Shown one piece after another: positions 28,630-38,704 of a stretch of 64,000 bases of DNA. The notes under the pieces are model-generated. The model was not told the origin of the DNA. It ran no database searches and was given only the letters and a program-made list of their open reading frames with translations. The stretch comes from Dehalococcoidia bacterium (GTDB lineage: Bacteria > Chloroflexota > Dehalococcoidia > Lucifugimonadales > DAOUAM01): the NCBI GenBank assembly GCA_034433305.1, contig DAOUAM010000053.1:15145-79144 (forward strand), in the 5' to 3' direction. Both the position numbers and the translations under genes were made by a program. Numbering within the stretch: position 1 is the stretch's first letter; the number at the start of each line of letters is the position of its first letter.

Positions 28630-29361
28630 ATGCACCGGTGCGTCGTCGTCTGGCTAGGCCCGACTCCATACCTTCCTGCCTGGGAGCTGCAGAAGCGCCT
28701 GGGCCAGCAGGTTACTGAAGGGCGGCTGCCCAATGTGCTGCTTCTGCTGGAGCACCCCCACGTTTACACCCTGGGGCGGCGTGGCAGAGAGACAGATATC
28801 CTCCTGCCCCGCGAGGCGCTGGCAGAGCTTGGCGTGGAGGTGCACTGGACAGACCGCGGGGGCGAGGTTACCTACCACGGCCCCGGCCAACTGGTGGGCT
28901 ATCCCATTATCAACCTGCGCGCCTGGGGCGGTGGCCCGGTGGCATACGTTGGGACGCTGGAGCGGGCGCTCATCGCCACGCTGGCGCGGTTTGGCGTCAG
29001 GGGGGAGAGCGACGGCAGGCCCACGGGCGTCTGGGTGAGCGAGGCCAAGATCGCCGCCATTGGCGTGAAAATCAGCCGGGGCGTCACCTCCCACGGCTTC
29101 GCCCTCAACGTGTGCCCGGAGCTGTCCTACTTCCAGCACATCGTGCCCTGCGGCCTCCCGGGCGGCCAGGTCACGTCCCTTGCCAGCGAGCTTGGCCGGG
29201 CTATCCCGGTAGACGAGGTCATTCCAGCACTGGCCGCTTGCTTTGGCGAAGCCTTCCAGATGGAGCTGGACTGGGCAACTCCTCAAGAGTTGGCAGGGCT
29301 TGCACAGCGCGGCCTTGAGGCCCCACGCCCGTCGTATTCCTCGAACGGCGCACCCGAGTAA
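28630..29361 (+). CDS. lipB: octanoyltransferase
   Basis: 243 aa with RGGEVTYHGPGQLVGYPI, AAIGVKISRGVTSHGFALNV and IVPCGL. Confidence 0.9.
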   Translation: MHRCVVVWLGPTPYLPAWELQKRLGQQVTEGRLPNVLLLLEHPHVYTLGRRGRETDILLPREALAELGVEVHWTDRGGEVTYHGPGQLVGYPIINLRAWGGGPVAYVGTLERALIATLARFGVRGESDGRPTGVWVSEAKIAAIGVKISRGVTSHGFALNVCPELSYFQHIVPCGLPGGQVTSLASELGRAIPVDEVIPALAACFGEAFQMELDWATPQELAGLAQRGLEAPRPSYSSNGAPE

Positions 29362-29396
29362 AAAACCGACGCGCCAGGTGCAGCCCGGCGCGTCGG
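29361..29396 (-). terminator. intrinsic terminator of the cupredoxin gene (possibly also serving lipB)
   Basis: 10-bp stem CCGACGCGCC (29366-29375) / GGCGCGTCGG (29387-29396). The plus-strand AAAAA at 29361-29365 gives a U-tract on the minus-strand transcript. Confidence 0.6.
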
Positions 29397-29427
29397 CCAG
29401 CCCACGGGTGGGCGAGGCCCACGAGAG

Positions 29428-30018
29428 CTAGTTTACCTCAATCTTGCCCTGCATCCAGGGATGGATAGCGCACAGGTAGAAGAGCGTGGTGCCCGACTCG
29501 GCCGAGACCTCGATCTTGACGGTCTCGCCGTCCTCTATGAACACCGAGTCGCCAGGCGTGTCCAGCCCTTCCTCACCCTCATTTACCACGGTGTCCTGGA
29601 CCTCTTCCTCGCCCTCTCCCGGAGGAGGACCGTCGTCCAGGCCAAAGTGGGCCGCCAGGGCCTCCTGGCAGGGTTCACACTCAAACAGGGCCTCTTCCAG
29701 GTCCGGCACCGGGTTTTCATCGGGCGACGGCAACTCGTCTTCCTCGACTATAGTTATCGTGTGAGGCTCGGTTACTCTATCAATGTCCTCGACGGCAAGC
29801 GTGTCGCCAGAGTCCACATGCACGGTATCTGGCGCAAAAGCCGTAGTGCCCATCACGACCACGTTGGGCACGAAGACAAAGGCGCCCACGATGTGTATAG
29901 TCGGGTGCGTGTGCAGGTCTTCATCGTTGTTTTCGTTGTCCTGCGCAATGACGCTCCCGCCCCCGAACAACGTCACCGACGCCAAAGCCACCGCCAGGAT
30001 AATCAGGAGCCTCCGCAT
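29428..30018 (-). CDS. secreted cupredoxin (amicyanin/plastocyanin-like type-1 copper protein) with an acidic insertion
   Basis: Signal-like N-terminus MRRLLIILAVALASVTLFGG. The C-terminal ligand loop YLCAIHPWM (C-x2-H-x2-M) resembles amicyanin CTPHPFM. GAGGAGG RBS. Confidence 0.7.
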   Translation of the reverse strand: MRRLLIILAVALASVTLFGGGSVIAQDNENNDEDLHTHPTIHIVGAFVFVPNVVVMGTTAFAPDTVHVDSGDTLAVEDIDRVTEPHTITIVEEDELPSPDENPVPDLEEALFECEPCQEALAAHFGLDDGPPPGEGEEEVQDTVVNEGEEGLDTPGDSVFIEDGETVKIEVSAESGTTLFYLCAIHPWMQGKIEVN

Positions 30019-30258
30019 GCTTTACCTCCTCGTCCTCCCATCCTCTACCACCACACAAGCGCCAGCCCTCTGACCAACCGAAGCGGACTGGTGCGGCTAT
30101 TGTACCGCCGCGCCTGGAAGTAGCACTCTCGCATTGGGCCGGCGCGGCGCGACAATGGGGACTAGGCCAGGACGTGCCCGGTGGAGGTATTCGTGCGCTC
30201 CCGTGAGTACCCATCCCTGTGGCGCATAGGGACCGCGACCAGGGCCCTCCGGAGTCGG

Positions 30259-30648
30259 CTATACCGCGTCTCCAGAGGCACGGTGAAGGGCCTTGCGGTG
30301 CAGGTGCCACCCGGGCCATCCATGGGCACCGCGCCGGTCGCAGGCCGAGTGAGGCCGCGTCTTGCGGGCATCGCGGAGAGGGATGCGGGGGCCTTGCTTC
30401 TGGTCGCGGAAGGACTGGACGGCGGCCCTGAGCAGGGCCACCACGTGGTCAAGCACTCCATAGACTGGCTGAACGCCACGCTCCCTTCGCCTCTGTAGTC
30501 GGTTTCCCGCCCTGGGCATGAGGAACTTTCTGGCCCCACCGCGGCCCGTGGCCCTGCTGGCCGCCGCCCACAGTATCGCATCCACCAGGGCACCTTCTTC
30601 CCACTTCCAGACGTAGCTCTGAGGCGAGGCGTCGCGGGTTGCCTGCAT
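30259..30648 (-). CDS. orphan ORF, possibly a degraded DUF559/Vsr-like endonuclease remnant
   Basis: AAGGAG lies 7 nt before ATG 30648. The first ~90 codons have GC-rich third positions like real genes here, and the tail looks like junk. Fragments DAILW..GRGGARKF..P..G and ERG..GVLDHVVALLRAA faintly recall DUF559 ends without the catalytic core. Confidence 0.3.
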   Translation of the reverse strand: MQATRDASPQSYVWKWEEGALVDAILWAAASRATGRGGARKFLMPRAGNRLQRRRERGVQPVYGVLDHVVALLRAAVQSFRDQKQGPRIPLRDARKTRPHSACDRRGAHGWPGWHLHRKALHRASGDAV

Positions 30649-30782
30649 CTCTTCACTCCTTCTGGCGCGCTCGTTCTCCTGCTGGGGGACCGCTCCTTGG
30701 ACGATGATGAGTCACCTCCTCATGAAGTGCTTGGCGACCGCGCATGGATAAGTTACTTCCGCCAGCATGAGGACTTATAGGT

Positions 30783-30815
30783 TTTCTGGAACATGTTTAA
30801 GACTTTTTCCAGAAA
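30783..30815. promoter_or_regulatory. 9-bp inverted repeat upstream of gatC (possible operator)
   Basis: TTTCTGGAA (30783-30791), 15 nt, TTCCAGAAA (30807-30815), in an AT-richer patch about 70 nt before gatC. It sits just downstream of a weak TTACTT-17-TATAGG promoter-like pair. Confidence 0.25.
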
Positions 30816-30884
30816 GGCCCAGCTTGCTTGGCCCCGCCGCCGTCTGTTACACTGCATTCGACTCTCAAGGGGCAGCCGTTAGCT

Positions 30885-31175
30885 ATGCGGATTACCAGCG
30901 AGGAAGTGCGGCACATCGCGCTGCTGGCGCGCGTGGCCATGACCGCCGAAGAGATAGAGCGCATGCGCGACCAGCTCTCCCACATCCTGGAGAACTTCGA
31001 TGCGCTGCGCCAGGTGGACACGGAAGGCGTGGAGCCGACCGGCCACTCGGTGGAGATTGACAGCGTCATGCGCGAGGACGAGCCGCGGCCTTCCATGCCC
31101 CTCCAGGACGTGCTCGCCAACGCCCCCGCCACCGAAGATGACTTCGTCAGGATCAGGGCAGTACTGGAGGAGTAG
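30885..31175 (+). CDS. gatC: Asp/Glu-tRNA amidotransferase subunit C
   Basis: [41 protein letters not shown] is a classic GatC sequence. The track start at 30828 is too long. Confidence 0.9.
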   Translation: MRITSEEVRHIALLARVAMTAEEIERMRDQLSHILENFDALRQVDTEGVEPTGHSVEIDSVMREDEPRPSMPLQDVLANAPATEDDFVRIRAVLEE

Positions 31176-31231
31176 CCCACGGCGCCTCCGACTCTGCCCC
31201 AAAGCCACTATTCACTGGGGACCGCCAGACC

Positions 31232-32698
31232 ATGAGACCATCTGATGTGCTGGGCCTTACTGCTCACGAGGCCAGGAAGCTGCTGGACCGCCGGGAGATA
31301 TCCTCTGTGGAACTGACCCGCGCGGTGCTGGAGCGCATCCGCCAGGTGGAGGACAGGGTAAAGGCCTTCGTCACCGTGACCGAGGAGGTGGCGCTGGAGC
31401 AGGCCCGCCGTGCCGACGAGCGCATAGCCGCTGGCGACGTCCGGCCGCTGACAGGCATCCCCATGCAGCTCAAGGACAACCTCTGCACCAGGGGCATCCG
31501 CACCACATGCTCCTCGCACATGCTAGAGGACTTCGTGCCCCCTTACGATGCCACGGTGGCGCGGCGCCTGTACGACGAGGGCGCTGTCCTGGTGGGCAAG
31601 GGCAACATGGACGAGTTCGCCATGGGCTCATCCACCGAAAACTCGGCCTTCTTCCCAACGCGCAACCCCTGGGACCTGGAGCGTGTGCCTGGCGGCAGCA
31701 GCGGCGGGCCAGCGGCGGCGGTGGCCGCCGGGGAGTGCATCTACGCCCTTGGCTCCGACACCGGCGGGAGCATCCGCCAGCCGGCGGCCCTGTGCGGCAT
31801 CGTGGGCCTGAAGCCCACCTACGGCCTGGTCAGCCGCTACGGGCTGGTGGCCTTCGCTAGCTCCCTGGACCAGATAGGCCCCATGACCAGGGACGTCACG
31901 GACTGCGCCCTGGTGCTGAACGCCATCGCCGGCCATGACCCCTGCGACTCCACCTCCATACCCTTCCAGCCCCCCGACTACACCCGTGCGCTCGTCCCTG
32001 ACCTGAAAGGCCTGCGCATTGGCGTGCCAAGAGAGTACTTCGTGGAGGGCATGCAGCCGGGCGTCGAGGGTGCCGTGCGGCGGGCGGTGGGGGTGCTGGA
32101 GGAACTGGGCGCGGAGATAGCGGAGACTTCTCTGCCCCATACCTCCTATGCCCTGGCAGTGTACTACATCATCGCTCCCTCGGAGGCATCGGCCAACCTG
32201 GCCCGGTACGATGGTGTCAAGTACGGCTACTCGGCCAGGGAGGCTGAGAGCATGTGGGACGCCATGGAGAAGACGCGCCAGCAAGGCTTCGGGCCGGAGG
32301 TGAAGCGGCGCATCATGCTGGGCACCTACGCCCTGTCGGCCGGCTACTACGATGCCTACTACCTCAAGGCCCAGAAGGTGCGGACGCTCATCCGCCGGGA
32401 GTTCGAGGAGGCCTTCAAGCAGTTCGACGCGCTGGTCATGCCCACGTCGCCCACTGTGGCCTTCCGGCTGGGAGAGAAGACGGCTGACCCGGTGCAGATG
32501 TACCTGAACGATGTCTTCACCATGCCAGCCAACATAGCCGGAGTGCCTGGCATATCCATACCCGCAGGCCTGGTGGACGGGCTGCCAGTTGGCTTGCAGA
32601 TCACCGCCAGGGCGCTGGGCGAGGAGACACTTTTGCGCGTGGCCTACGCCTACGAGCAGGCCACCCGCTGGAGCGCCAGGAGCCGGCCGCCCCTGTAG
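31232..32698 (+). CDS. gatA: Asp/Glu-tRNA amidotransferase subunit A
   Basis: 488 aa with the amidase signature [14 protein letters not shown] and catalytic Ser-cisSer-Lys context. Confidence 0.95.
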   Translation: MRPSDVLGLTAHEARKLLDRREISSVELTRAVLERIRQVEDRVKAFVTVTEEVALEQARRADERIAAGDVRPLTGIPMQLKDNLCTRGIRTTCSSHMLEDFVPPYDATVARRLYDEGAVLVGKGNMDEFAMGSSTENSAFFPTRNPWDLERVPGGSSGGPAAAVAAGECIYALGSDTGGSIRQPAALCGIVGLKPTYGLVSRYGLVAFASSLDQIGPMTRDVTDCALVLNAIAGHDPCDSTSIPFQPPDYTRALVPDLKGLRIGVPREYFVEGMQPGVEGAVRRAVGVLEELGAEIAETSLPHTSYALAVYYIIAPSEASANLARYDGVKYGYSAREAESMWDAMEKTRQQGFGPEVKRRIMLGTYALSAGYYDAYYLKAQKVRTLIRREFEEAFKQFDALVMPTSPTVAFRLGEKTADPVQMYLNDVFTMPANIAGVPGISIPAGLVDGLPVGLQITARALGEETLLRVAYAYEQATRWSARSRPPL

Positions 32699-32743
32699 AG
32701 GGTACAGAAACAGCCTGCATTGTGCCTCTCGGCGGGGCACGCG

Positions 32744-35700
32744 TCAGGCGTCAGGGCTGGCATGGGAGCGCGCGCCCAGCAGCTCCAATAGCTCCTGCAT
32801 TAGCCTTCCTATCTTGCTCTCCAGATCGGCGTAGGTCTCACTGACATGGCTGAGGTCGCCGGCGCGACCCATCTGCTCCAGCTTGAGCGCCACCTCCAGG
32901 GCCGGGCTGGCGGCAAAGACTCCCACTGCGCCCTTCAGGTTGTGGGCGGCCCTGGACAGCGCTCCGGCGTCGCGGCCCGAAATGGCCTGCTGGATTTCTG
33001 TCATGTACCTGGGGCACTCTTTGATGAAGAGGCCGGCCACTTTCCTGAGCATCTGTTCCCTGCCATCCAGGGCCGCCAGTGCCGCTGACAGGTCCATGAC
33101 CTGGCCCATCTGGCCCTGGGCCGGAGCTTCGAGTGGAGCTTCGGGGGCGGAAGGCTTGCCGGCCAGGCTCCCCAGGACTTCCAGCAGCTTCCTTGGCTGG
33201 ACGGGCTTGGCTACGTAGCTGTCCATGCCCGAGGCCAGGTACTTCTCCCGGTCGCCGGCCATGGCGTGGGCCGTCATGGCCACTATGGGAATGTGGGGAA
33301 TGTGCCTTCCAGCGCCCTTCTCCCTCTCCCTGACCACACGCGTGGCCTCTACGCCGTCCATGTTGGGCATTTCCACGTCCATAAGCACCAGGTCAAACCG
33401 CTGCCTTTCCAGTTTCTGCAGCGCCTCCACGCCATCATTGGCTACCTCGACCTCGTGGCCCCATTCTTCCAGCATTGACACCACCAGCATCTGGTTGATG
33501 CGATTGTCCTCGGCCAGGAGCACCTTGAGGCGCCGCTTGCCATTGTCTCGCGGCGGGGCCGCGGCCCACGCGTCCTGGCGCGACTGGCTGGGGCGTGCCC
33601 CGGCCTCCGGGGCCGGCCGCTGCAGGCCCAGCCTTACGGTGAAGTGGAAGGTGCTTCCCTTGCCCACCTCGCTCTCGACCCAGATGCGACCGCCCATCAA
33701 CCCCACAATCCTGGAGGATATGGCAAGGCCCAGCCCGGAGCCACCGTACCGCCGGGTGGTGGAGCTGTCCGCCTGGGTGAAGGGCCTGAACAGCAGCTTC
33801 TGCTTCTCCGGCGAGATTCCTATGCCGGTGTCGGCCACGGCGAAGTGGCAGATGATTTCGTCCTGGGTCTGGGACTCGGCCTCGACCCACAGCCTGACGT
33901 GGCCTCGTTCAGTGAACTTGATGGCGTTGCCGACGAGGTTGACGATGATCTGCCTCAGGCGCGTGGGGTCGCCCACCAGGGCGTCGGGCAACTCGGGCTG
34001 GATGTGGCCCACAAGCTCCAGGCCCTTCTCCTGCGCCTTGAGGGCTAGCATGTCCATTACGCTGCGGACGACCTCCCGCAGGCTAAAGTCAATGGACTCC
34101 AGCTCCAGCCGGCCGGCCTCGATTCTTGAAATGTCCAGGATGTCCTCGATCACTCCCAGCAGAGCATCAGCGGACGTCCTCATCATGTCCAGGTAGCCGC
34201 GCTGCTTGTTGGTTAGCTCGGTCCTGTACAGGAGTTCCGCCATGCCGATGATGCCGCTGAGGGGAGTGCGGATTTCGTGGCTCATGTGGGCCAGGAACTC
34301 GCCCTTGGCCCTGCTGGCGGCCTCCGCCGCCTCCCTGGCCTTGCGCGCCTCCTCGTGGAGTCGGGCGTTGGCGACGGCGCCGGCTATCTGGGCCGCGACC
34401 CGCTGTGCCAACTCCACATGGGACTGGTCGTAGGCCTGGGGCCTGGCCGAGGTCATGTACAGGACTCCAGCTACCTCGCCATTGAACAGCAGGGGGACAT
34501 GCAGCGATGACCTCATGCCAGCGTGGAAACCTGGAAGAAAGCCCGGAAAGCGCTCGGTCACATCCTGGAGGTCTTCCGCGTTGAACACCACAGGCGATCT
34601 GGACCGGAAAGCCACCTCGGTTACAGTCCCGGCCAGGGGGGCCACTTCCCCCGGCCCTCGCCCGGGCACCTGGATGCCCATTACGAACATGTTGGTGAAG
34701 GTCTCGCGGGCCGGGTCAACGAGGCTGATGCCCAGGGAATCGTATGGGATGAGCTTGCGCACGGCATTGGCCAGGGGCTGGTAGTCCTCTATCTTCAGGG
34801 ATGCGCTGACAATCCTGCCGATTTCGGCCAGCACCGCGTTCTCCTCGGCCAGGCGACGAATGGTCTCCTCGGTGCGCTTGCGCTCGGTAATGTCCCGGAC
34901 GAAGGCGCTGAAGATGTAGGTGCCCTGCCTGTTCAGAGGCAAGATAGTGAACTCCACGGGGAACTCGTGACCATCGCGGCGCAGCGCTGGCAGCTCCACG
35001 CGCCTGTTCATCAGGACCGATTCGCCCGTGGACAGGAAGCGCTCGATGTCCCGCCGCTGCATCTCACGGTACCCGGGCGGGATGATAGTCTCGGCCAGGG
35101 GCCGGCCGATGGCCTCCTGGCGGGACCAGCCGAAGATGGCCTCGGCCTGTGGGTTCCAGGCTATAATCACGCCGGCCGCGTCCATCATGACCACGGCGTC
35201 CAGCGCCGCGTCCAGGATGGCCCTCGTCCTCTCCTCGCTCTCACGCAGGGCCTGCTCCGCCAGCACGCGCTCGGTAATGTCACGGGCATTGATGACCATG
35301 CCCGATACAACACCATTGGTGACCAGCTTCTTGCCCATGGCCTCTATGTGGCGCCAGGAGCCATCCCCATGCCGGAACCGGAACATGCGCGCCTGCTGGG
35401 ATGGCGGGGCCTCCGGGCTGCTCACCGAGCGCTCAAAAAGGCTGGACACTGCCCAGAAGTCTTCCGGGTGCACCAACTCCAGGACCTTCCTGCCCACCAG
35501 GGCCCCCGGCTGGTAGCCCAGCACGCGCTCGACGGAGGGGCTGACGTAGTCCAGCTTCCCATCTATATTGAGCACGGCGATGACATCCAGGGCGTTCTCT
35601 ATCAGTGACCGGAAGTGCTCCTCGCTGCGGCGGAGCCCCCTCTCGGCGCGCCGGCGCCTGGTGACCTCCCGCTGGAGAAGGGCGTTGGACTCCAGGAGGC

Positions 35701-37438
35701 GGGACGTCCGCTCCTGCACCCGTTGCTCCAGCTCTTCCTGGGTCTTGCGGAGTTCCTCCTCTGTCTGTCTCTGCCTGGCATAGAGCTGGGCGTTGGCCAC
35801 GGCACCGGAGACCTGGGCGGCGATCTGCTCCGCCAGCGGCAAATCATGGCTGGTGTAGGCATTGGGCGTGGTGGACACCAGGCTCAGCGTTCCTATGACG
35901 TCGCCCTTGTGCAGGAGCGGCACTACCAGGCACGACCGTACCCCCACGTCGAAGGCGGGCAAGTAGGCCGGGAACCTCCTGGCCACCTCCTCCCTGTCTT
36001 CGGTCTGGAAGAGCACGCCTGACCGCCTGCGCACCGCCTCCTCGGTGACAGAGCCGGCCAGCGGCAGCACCTCAGAGACCCTCCTGCCAGGCACCTCCAA
36101 CCCGACCACGTAGGCGATGGTGTAAGTGCGCCGCCGGGAGTCCACCAGGCTGACCAGCACCCTGTCAAAGGGGATCAGCTCCCGGACCAGGCTGGCGAAG
36201 CGCTGGTACACCTCTTGCATGTCCAGGGAGGATGTGACCGTCCGGCCTATGTCGGCCAGGAGGCCATGCTCCCTGACCTCCCGCTGCAGCGCCGCGTTGA
36301 GTTGGGCGTTGGCGACCGCGCCGGCGATCTGCGTGGCGATGCGCTCAGCCAGGTCCAGGTCCCGCCGGGTGTAGGCGTTGCGAGCGCGGGAGCGCAACTG
36401 CATCACGCCTACGGGCTTATCGTCCGAGACCAGCGGGACAGAGATTACCGAAAGAAGCCCCGTCCTTGAAGGTGGGACCAGTGAAGGGTACAGCCTGAGT
36501 ATCTCCGCCTCGTTGTCGTTCTGCACAACTAAGCCGTGGCCGAGGTTGATCACGGCCTGGGTGAGAGAGCCTGCCAGGGGAAAGACGTCGCCGGGGTAGT
36601 AGCCCTCGACCTCCACTCCCTCGGAGTACAGGACAGTGCCCCTGCCACGGGGCAGGTCAACGACGCTCACCGTCAGCCTGTCGAAGGGTATGAGCCTGCG
36701 CACTATCTCGGCGGTGCGCGGGAACACCCTGCCCATGTCCAGGGAGGACATGAGCGTCCGGCCTATCTCAGCCAGCACCTCGCGCTCCTGGATTTCCCGC
36801 AGGAGCTGGGCATGCACCTGGGCATTGGCGATAGCGTCGGCTATCTGGTCGGCAATGCGCTCTAGCAGTCCGACCTCTCGCTCGCCGTAGGCATGAGGAA
36901 TGGCCGAGCGCACATGCAGGGCGCCCACGGGACGGCCGCTGGCAATCAACGGCACTGAGAGGAACGTGCGCAGGCCGGCCGCGTAGCCTGCGGCGACGAA
37001 AGGGTACCTGGCCACAGTCCCATCTTCGCCATCATCCAGGGAAATGAGCAGGCTGGCCCTGCTGCGCAGGACTTCCGCCGTGCCAGTATTTGCCAGGGGA
37101 ATCCGCTGGCCTATCTCCCACCCCGGAACGCTGCTTCCCACGACATAGGCCAGCGTCTGGGTACCCTGCTCCGGGTCGGCGACCACGATGGACAGTCGGT
37201 CGAAAGGCACTAGCTTGCGGACCTGCTCGGCGAATTGCGCGTACACCTGGCCCGTGTCCAGGGACGAGTGGACAATGCGGAAGATTTCCGCCAGGGCTTC
37301 GTTGTCCCTGGCGGCGCCAGTCTGGGCCACCAGGGCCTCCAACTCGGCTACCTGCCGCCGCAGCGCCACCAGTTCGCCGGTGTTGCCCTCGTTGCCTGTG
37401 GTCTGGTCCATCATGGCTCCCCTCTCCAGTGCGACCAA
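32744..37438 (-). CDS. soluble hybrid sensor histidine kinase: coiled coil, 3x GAF, 2x PAS, GAF, HisKA, HATPase_c, REC, HPt
   Basis: 1564 aa with no hydrophobic span. Four paralogous GAF modules each end in ...QI(A/S)GAVANAQL. H-box is [11 protein letters not shown]-boxes DTGIGI and GGSGLGL, receiver [18 protein letters not shown], and HPt [10 protein letters not shown]. Confidence 0.9.
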   Translation of the reverse strand: MVALERGAMMDQTTGNEGNTGELVALRRQVAELEALVAQTGAARDNEALAEIFRIVHSSLDTGQVYAQFAEQVRKLVPFDRLSIVVADPEQGTQTLAYVVGSSVPGWEIGQRIPLANTGTAEVLRSRASLLISLDDGEDGTVARYPFVAAGYAAGLRTFLSVPLIASGRPVGALHVRSAIPHAYGEREVGLLERIADQIADAIANAQVHAQLLREIQEREVLAEIGRTLMSSLDMGRVFPRTAEIVRRLIPFDRLTVSVVDLPRGRGTVLYSEGVEVEGYYPGDVFPLAGSLTQAVINLGHGLVVQNDNEAEILRLYPSLVPPSRTGLLSVISVPLVSDDKPVGVMQLRSRARNAYTRRDLDLAERIATQIAGAVANAQLNAALQREVREHGLLADIGRTVTSSLDMQEVYQRFASLVRELIPFDRVLVSLVDSRRRTYTIAYVVGLEVPGRRVSEVLPLAGSVTEEAVRRRSGVLFQTEDREEVARRFPAYLPAFDVGVRSCLVVPLLHKGDVIGTLSLVSTTPNAYTSHDLPLAEQIAAQVSGAVANAQLYARQRQTEEELRKTQEELEQRVQERTSRLLESNALLQREVTRRRRAERGLRRSEEHFRSLIENALDVIAVLNIDGKLDYVSPSVERVLGYQPGALVGRKVLELVHPEDFWAVSSLFERSVSSPEAPPSQQARMFRFRHGDGSWRHIEAMGKKLVTNGVVSGMVINARDITERVLAEQALRESEERTRAILDAALDAVVMMDAAGVIIAWNPQAEAIFGWSRQEAIGRPLAETIIPPGYREMQRRDIERFLSTGESVLMNRRVELPALRRDGHEFPVEFTILPLNRQGTYIFSAFVRDITERKRTEETIRRLAEENAVLAEIGRIVSASLKIEDYQPLANAVRKLIPYDSLGISLVDPARETFTNMFVMGIQVPGRGPGEVAPLAGTVTEVAFRSRSPVVFNAEDLQDVTERFPGFLPGFHAGMRSSLHVPLLFNGEVAGVLYMTSARPQAYDQSHVELAQRVAAQIAGAVANARLHEEARKAREAAEAASRAKGEFLAHMSHEIRTPLSGIIGMAELLYRTELTNKQRGYLDMMRTSADALLGVIEDILDISRIEAGRLELESIDFSLREVVRSVMDMLALKAQEKGLELVGHIQPELPDALVGDPTRLRQIIVNLVGNAIKFTERGHVRLWVEAESQTQDEIICHFAVADTGIGISPEKQKLLFRPFTQADSSTTRRYGGSGLGLAISSRIVGLMGGRIWVESEVGKGSTFHFTVRLGLQRPAPEAGARPSQSRQDAWAAAPPRDNGKRRLKVLLAEDNRINQMLVVSMLEEWGHEVEVANDGVEALQKLERQRFDLVLMDVEMPNMDGVEATRVVREREKGAGRHIPHIPIVAMTAHAMAGDREKYLASGMDSYVAKPVQPRKLLEVLGSLAGKPSAPEAPLEAPAQGQMGQVMDLSAALAALDGREQMLRKVAGLFIKECPRYMTEIQQAISGRDAGALSRAAHNLKGAVGVFAASPALEVALKLEQMGRAGDLSHVSETYADLESKIGRLMQELLELLGARSHASPDA

Positions 37439-37660
37439 TTCTTAATTGTGGCACCAGCGCGCCAGCACTGTTAGTGGGCTTGCTCTGATTTAACTGGGTG
37501 CCAAGGCATCCATTCGGTACGGGGCCAGCATACATAGAGATATGGCGAGTTACACCCAGTCCCGACAGGTAGAAGCATCGCAGAGCGCGACACGAGGACA
37601 GAGTGCAAGGCTGCCAGCAAGAGGCATACCGTGCAGGCCACGACGATGGGGAAAAGTTAC

Positions 37661-37689
37661 TTGCAATGGCCCACCGTCTGTCCTATATT
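37661..37689 (+). promoter_or_regulatory. sigma-70-like promoter of the rhodanese gene
   Basis: TTGCAA (37661-37666), 17 nt, TATATT (37684-37689). It lies about 30 nt before ATG 37720, which has a GAGGAGAG RBS. Confidence 0.5.
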
Positions 37690-37719
37690 CGTTGGCAACA
37701 GCATGGTGAGGAGAGACCA

Positions 37720-38586
37720 ATGGTCGCGTCGTCCTACGCACACCCTGAAGTCCTGGTGAGCACCGAGTGGGTCGCCCAGCACCTGGGAGACCCGTCCATC
37801 GTCATCGCCGAGGTGGACGCGGACCTGGAAGCCAACTACAGGCAGGGGCACATCCCCGGCGCCGTGGGCTGGGGGCTGCACACCGACCTGGAGGACCCGG
37901 TGAGGCGTGACCTGCCCACGCTGGCGCAGGTCGAGGGCCTGCTGGGGCGGTCTGGCGCGGACGCCAGCACCACCATAGTGCTATACGGCGATGGCAACAA
38001 CCGCTCGGCTACCTGGGCCTTCTGGGTGCTCAAGTACTACCGCCACAGGGACGTGCGCCTGATGAACGGCGGCCGCAAGAAGTGGGCCAGCGAGGGTAGG
38101 CCAATGTCCACCGACGTCCCAGCACCCACCTCCCGGACTTACAAGGCAGCCATCCCGGACAAGACCATCCGGGCGACCAGGGACTATATCCTGGCCAACC
38201 TTCGAAAGCCCAACCTGAAGGTGCTGGACGTGCGCACTTACGAGGAGTACTCGGGACAGCTCAGCGCCTCGCAGGGGACGCAGCAGTCGGAGATATACCG
38301 CAGGGGCCACATTCCCGGCGCGGTGCACATCCCCTGGGACGACGGCTCCGCCGAGGACGGCACCTTCAAGCCCGCCGACGAGCTGCGCCGGCTGTACGAG
38401 TCCAGGGGCGTCACGGCGGACAAGGAGGTAGTGCCCTACTGCCGTCTGGGCGTCAGGGCCTCCTATAGCTGGTTCGTGCTGCGCTACCTGCTGGGCTACG
38501 AGCGCGTGCGCAACTACGATGGCTCGTGGACCGAGTGGGGCAACTCGGTAGGTGTGCCCATAGAGACCGGCGCGGGAAAGACATAG
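37720..38586 (+). CDS. two-domain rhodanese (thiosulfate sulfurtransferase type)
   Basis: MVASSYAHPEVLVSTEWVAQHL, with the active-site loop CRLGVRAS in the second domain. The track start at 37603 is too long. Confidence 0.85.
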   Translation: MVASSYAHPEVLVSTEWVAQHLGDPSIVIAEVDADLEANYRQGHIPGAVGWGLHTDLEDPVRRDLPTLAQVEGLLGRSGADASTTIVLYGDGNNRSATWAFWVLKYYRHRDVRLMNGGRKKWASEGRPMSTDVPAPTSRTYKAAIPDKTIRATRDYILANLRKPNLKVLDVRTYEEYSGQLSASQGTQQSEIYRRGHIPGAVHIPWDDGSAEDGTFKPADELRRLYESRGVTADKEVVPYCRLGVRASYSWFVLRYLLGYERVRNYDGSWTEWGNSVGVPIETGAGKT

Positions 38587-38670
38587 GCCGGTACCCGTAC
38601 CCTCCCTGAGTCCCTCCTGGTCTGCTATACTGTGCCGCGCGGAGCACGGACACGGAAAGGACGAGGCGTC

Positions 38671-38692
38671 GAGGCCGGCGCGGGCCGGCCTC
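38671..38692 (+). other. GC-rich hairpin between the rhodanese and regulator genes
   Basis: 9-bp stem GAGGCCGGC / GCCGGCCTC with a 4-nt loop and no T-tract. It lies 13 nt before the regulator ATG. It could be a leaky terminator or attenuator, or have no function. Confidence 0.3.
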
Positions 38693-38704
38693 TCAAGGAC
38701 TGTA

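Noticed and set aside
30162-30656. The 164-aa ORF in the alternative minus-strand frame of the cupredoxin-gatC gap.
   Set aside because: The composition is Arg/Pro/Gly-rich and it has no RBS. The overlapping frame starting at 30648 has the Shine-Dalgarno sequence and a better codon pattern, so only that one is listed, at low confidence.
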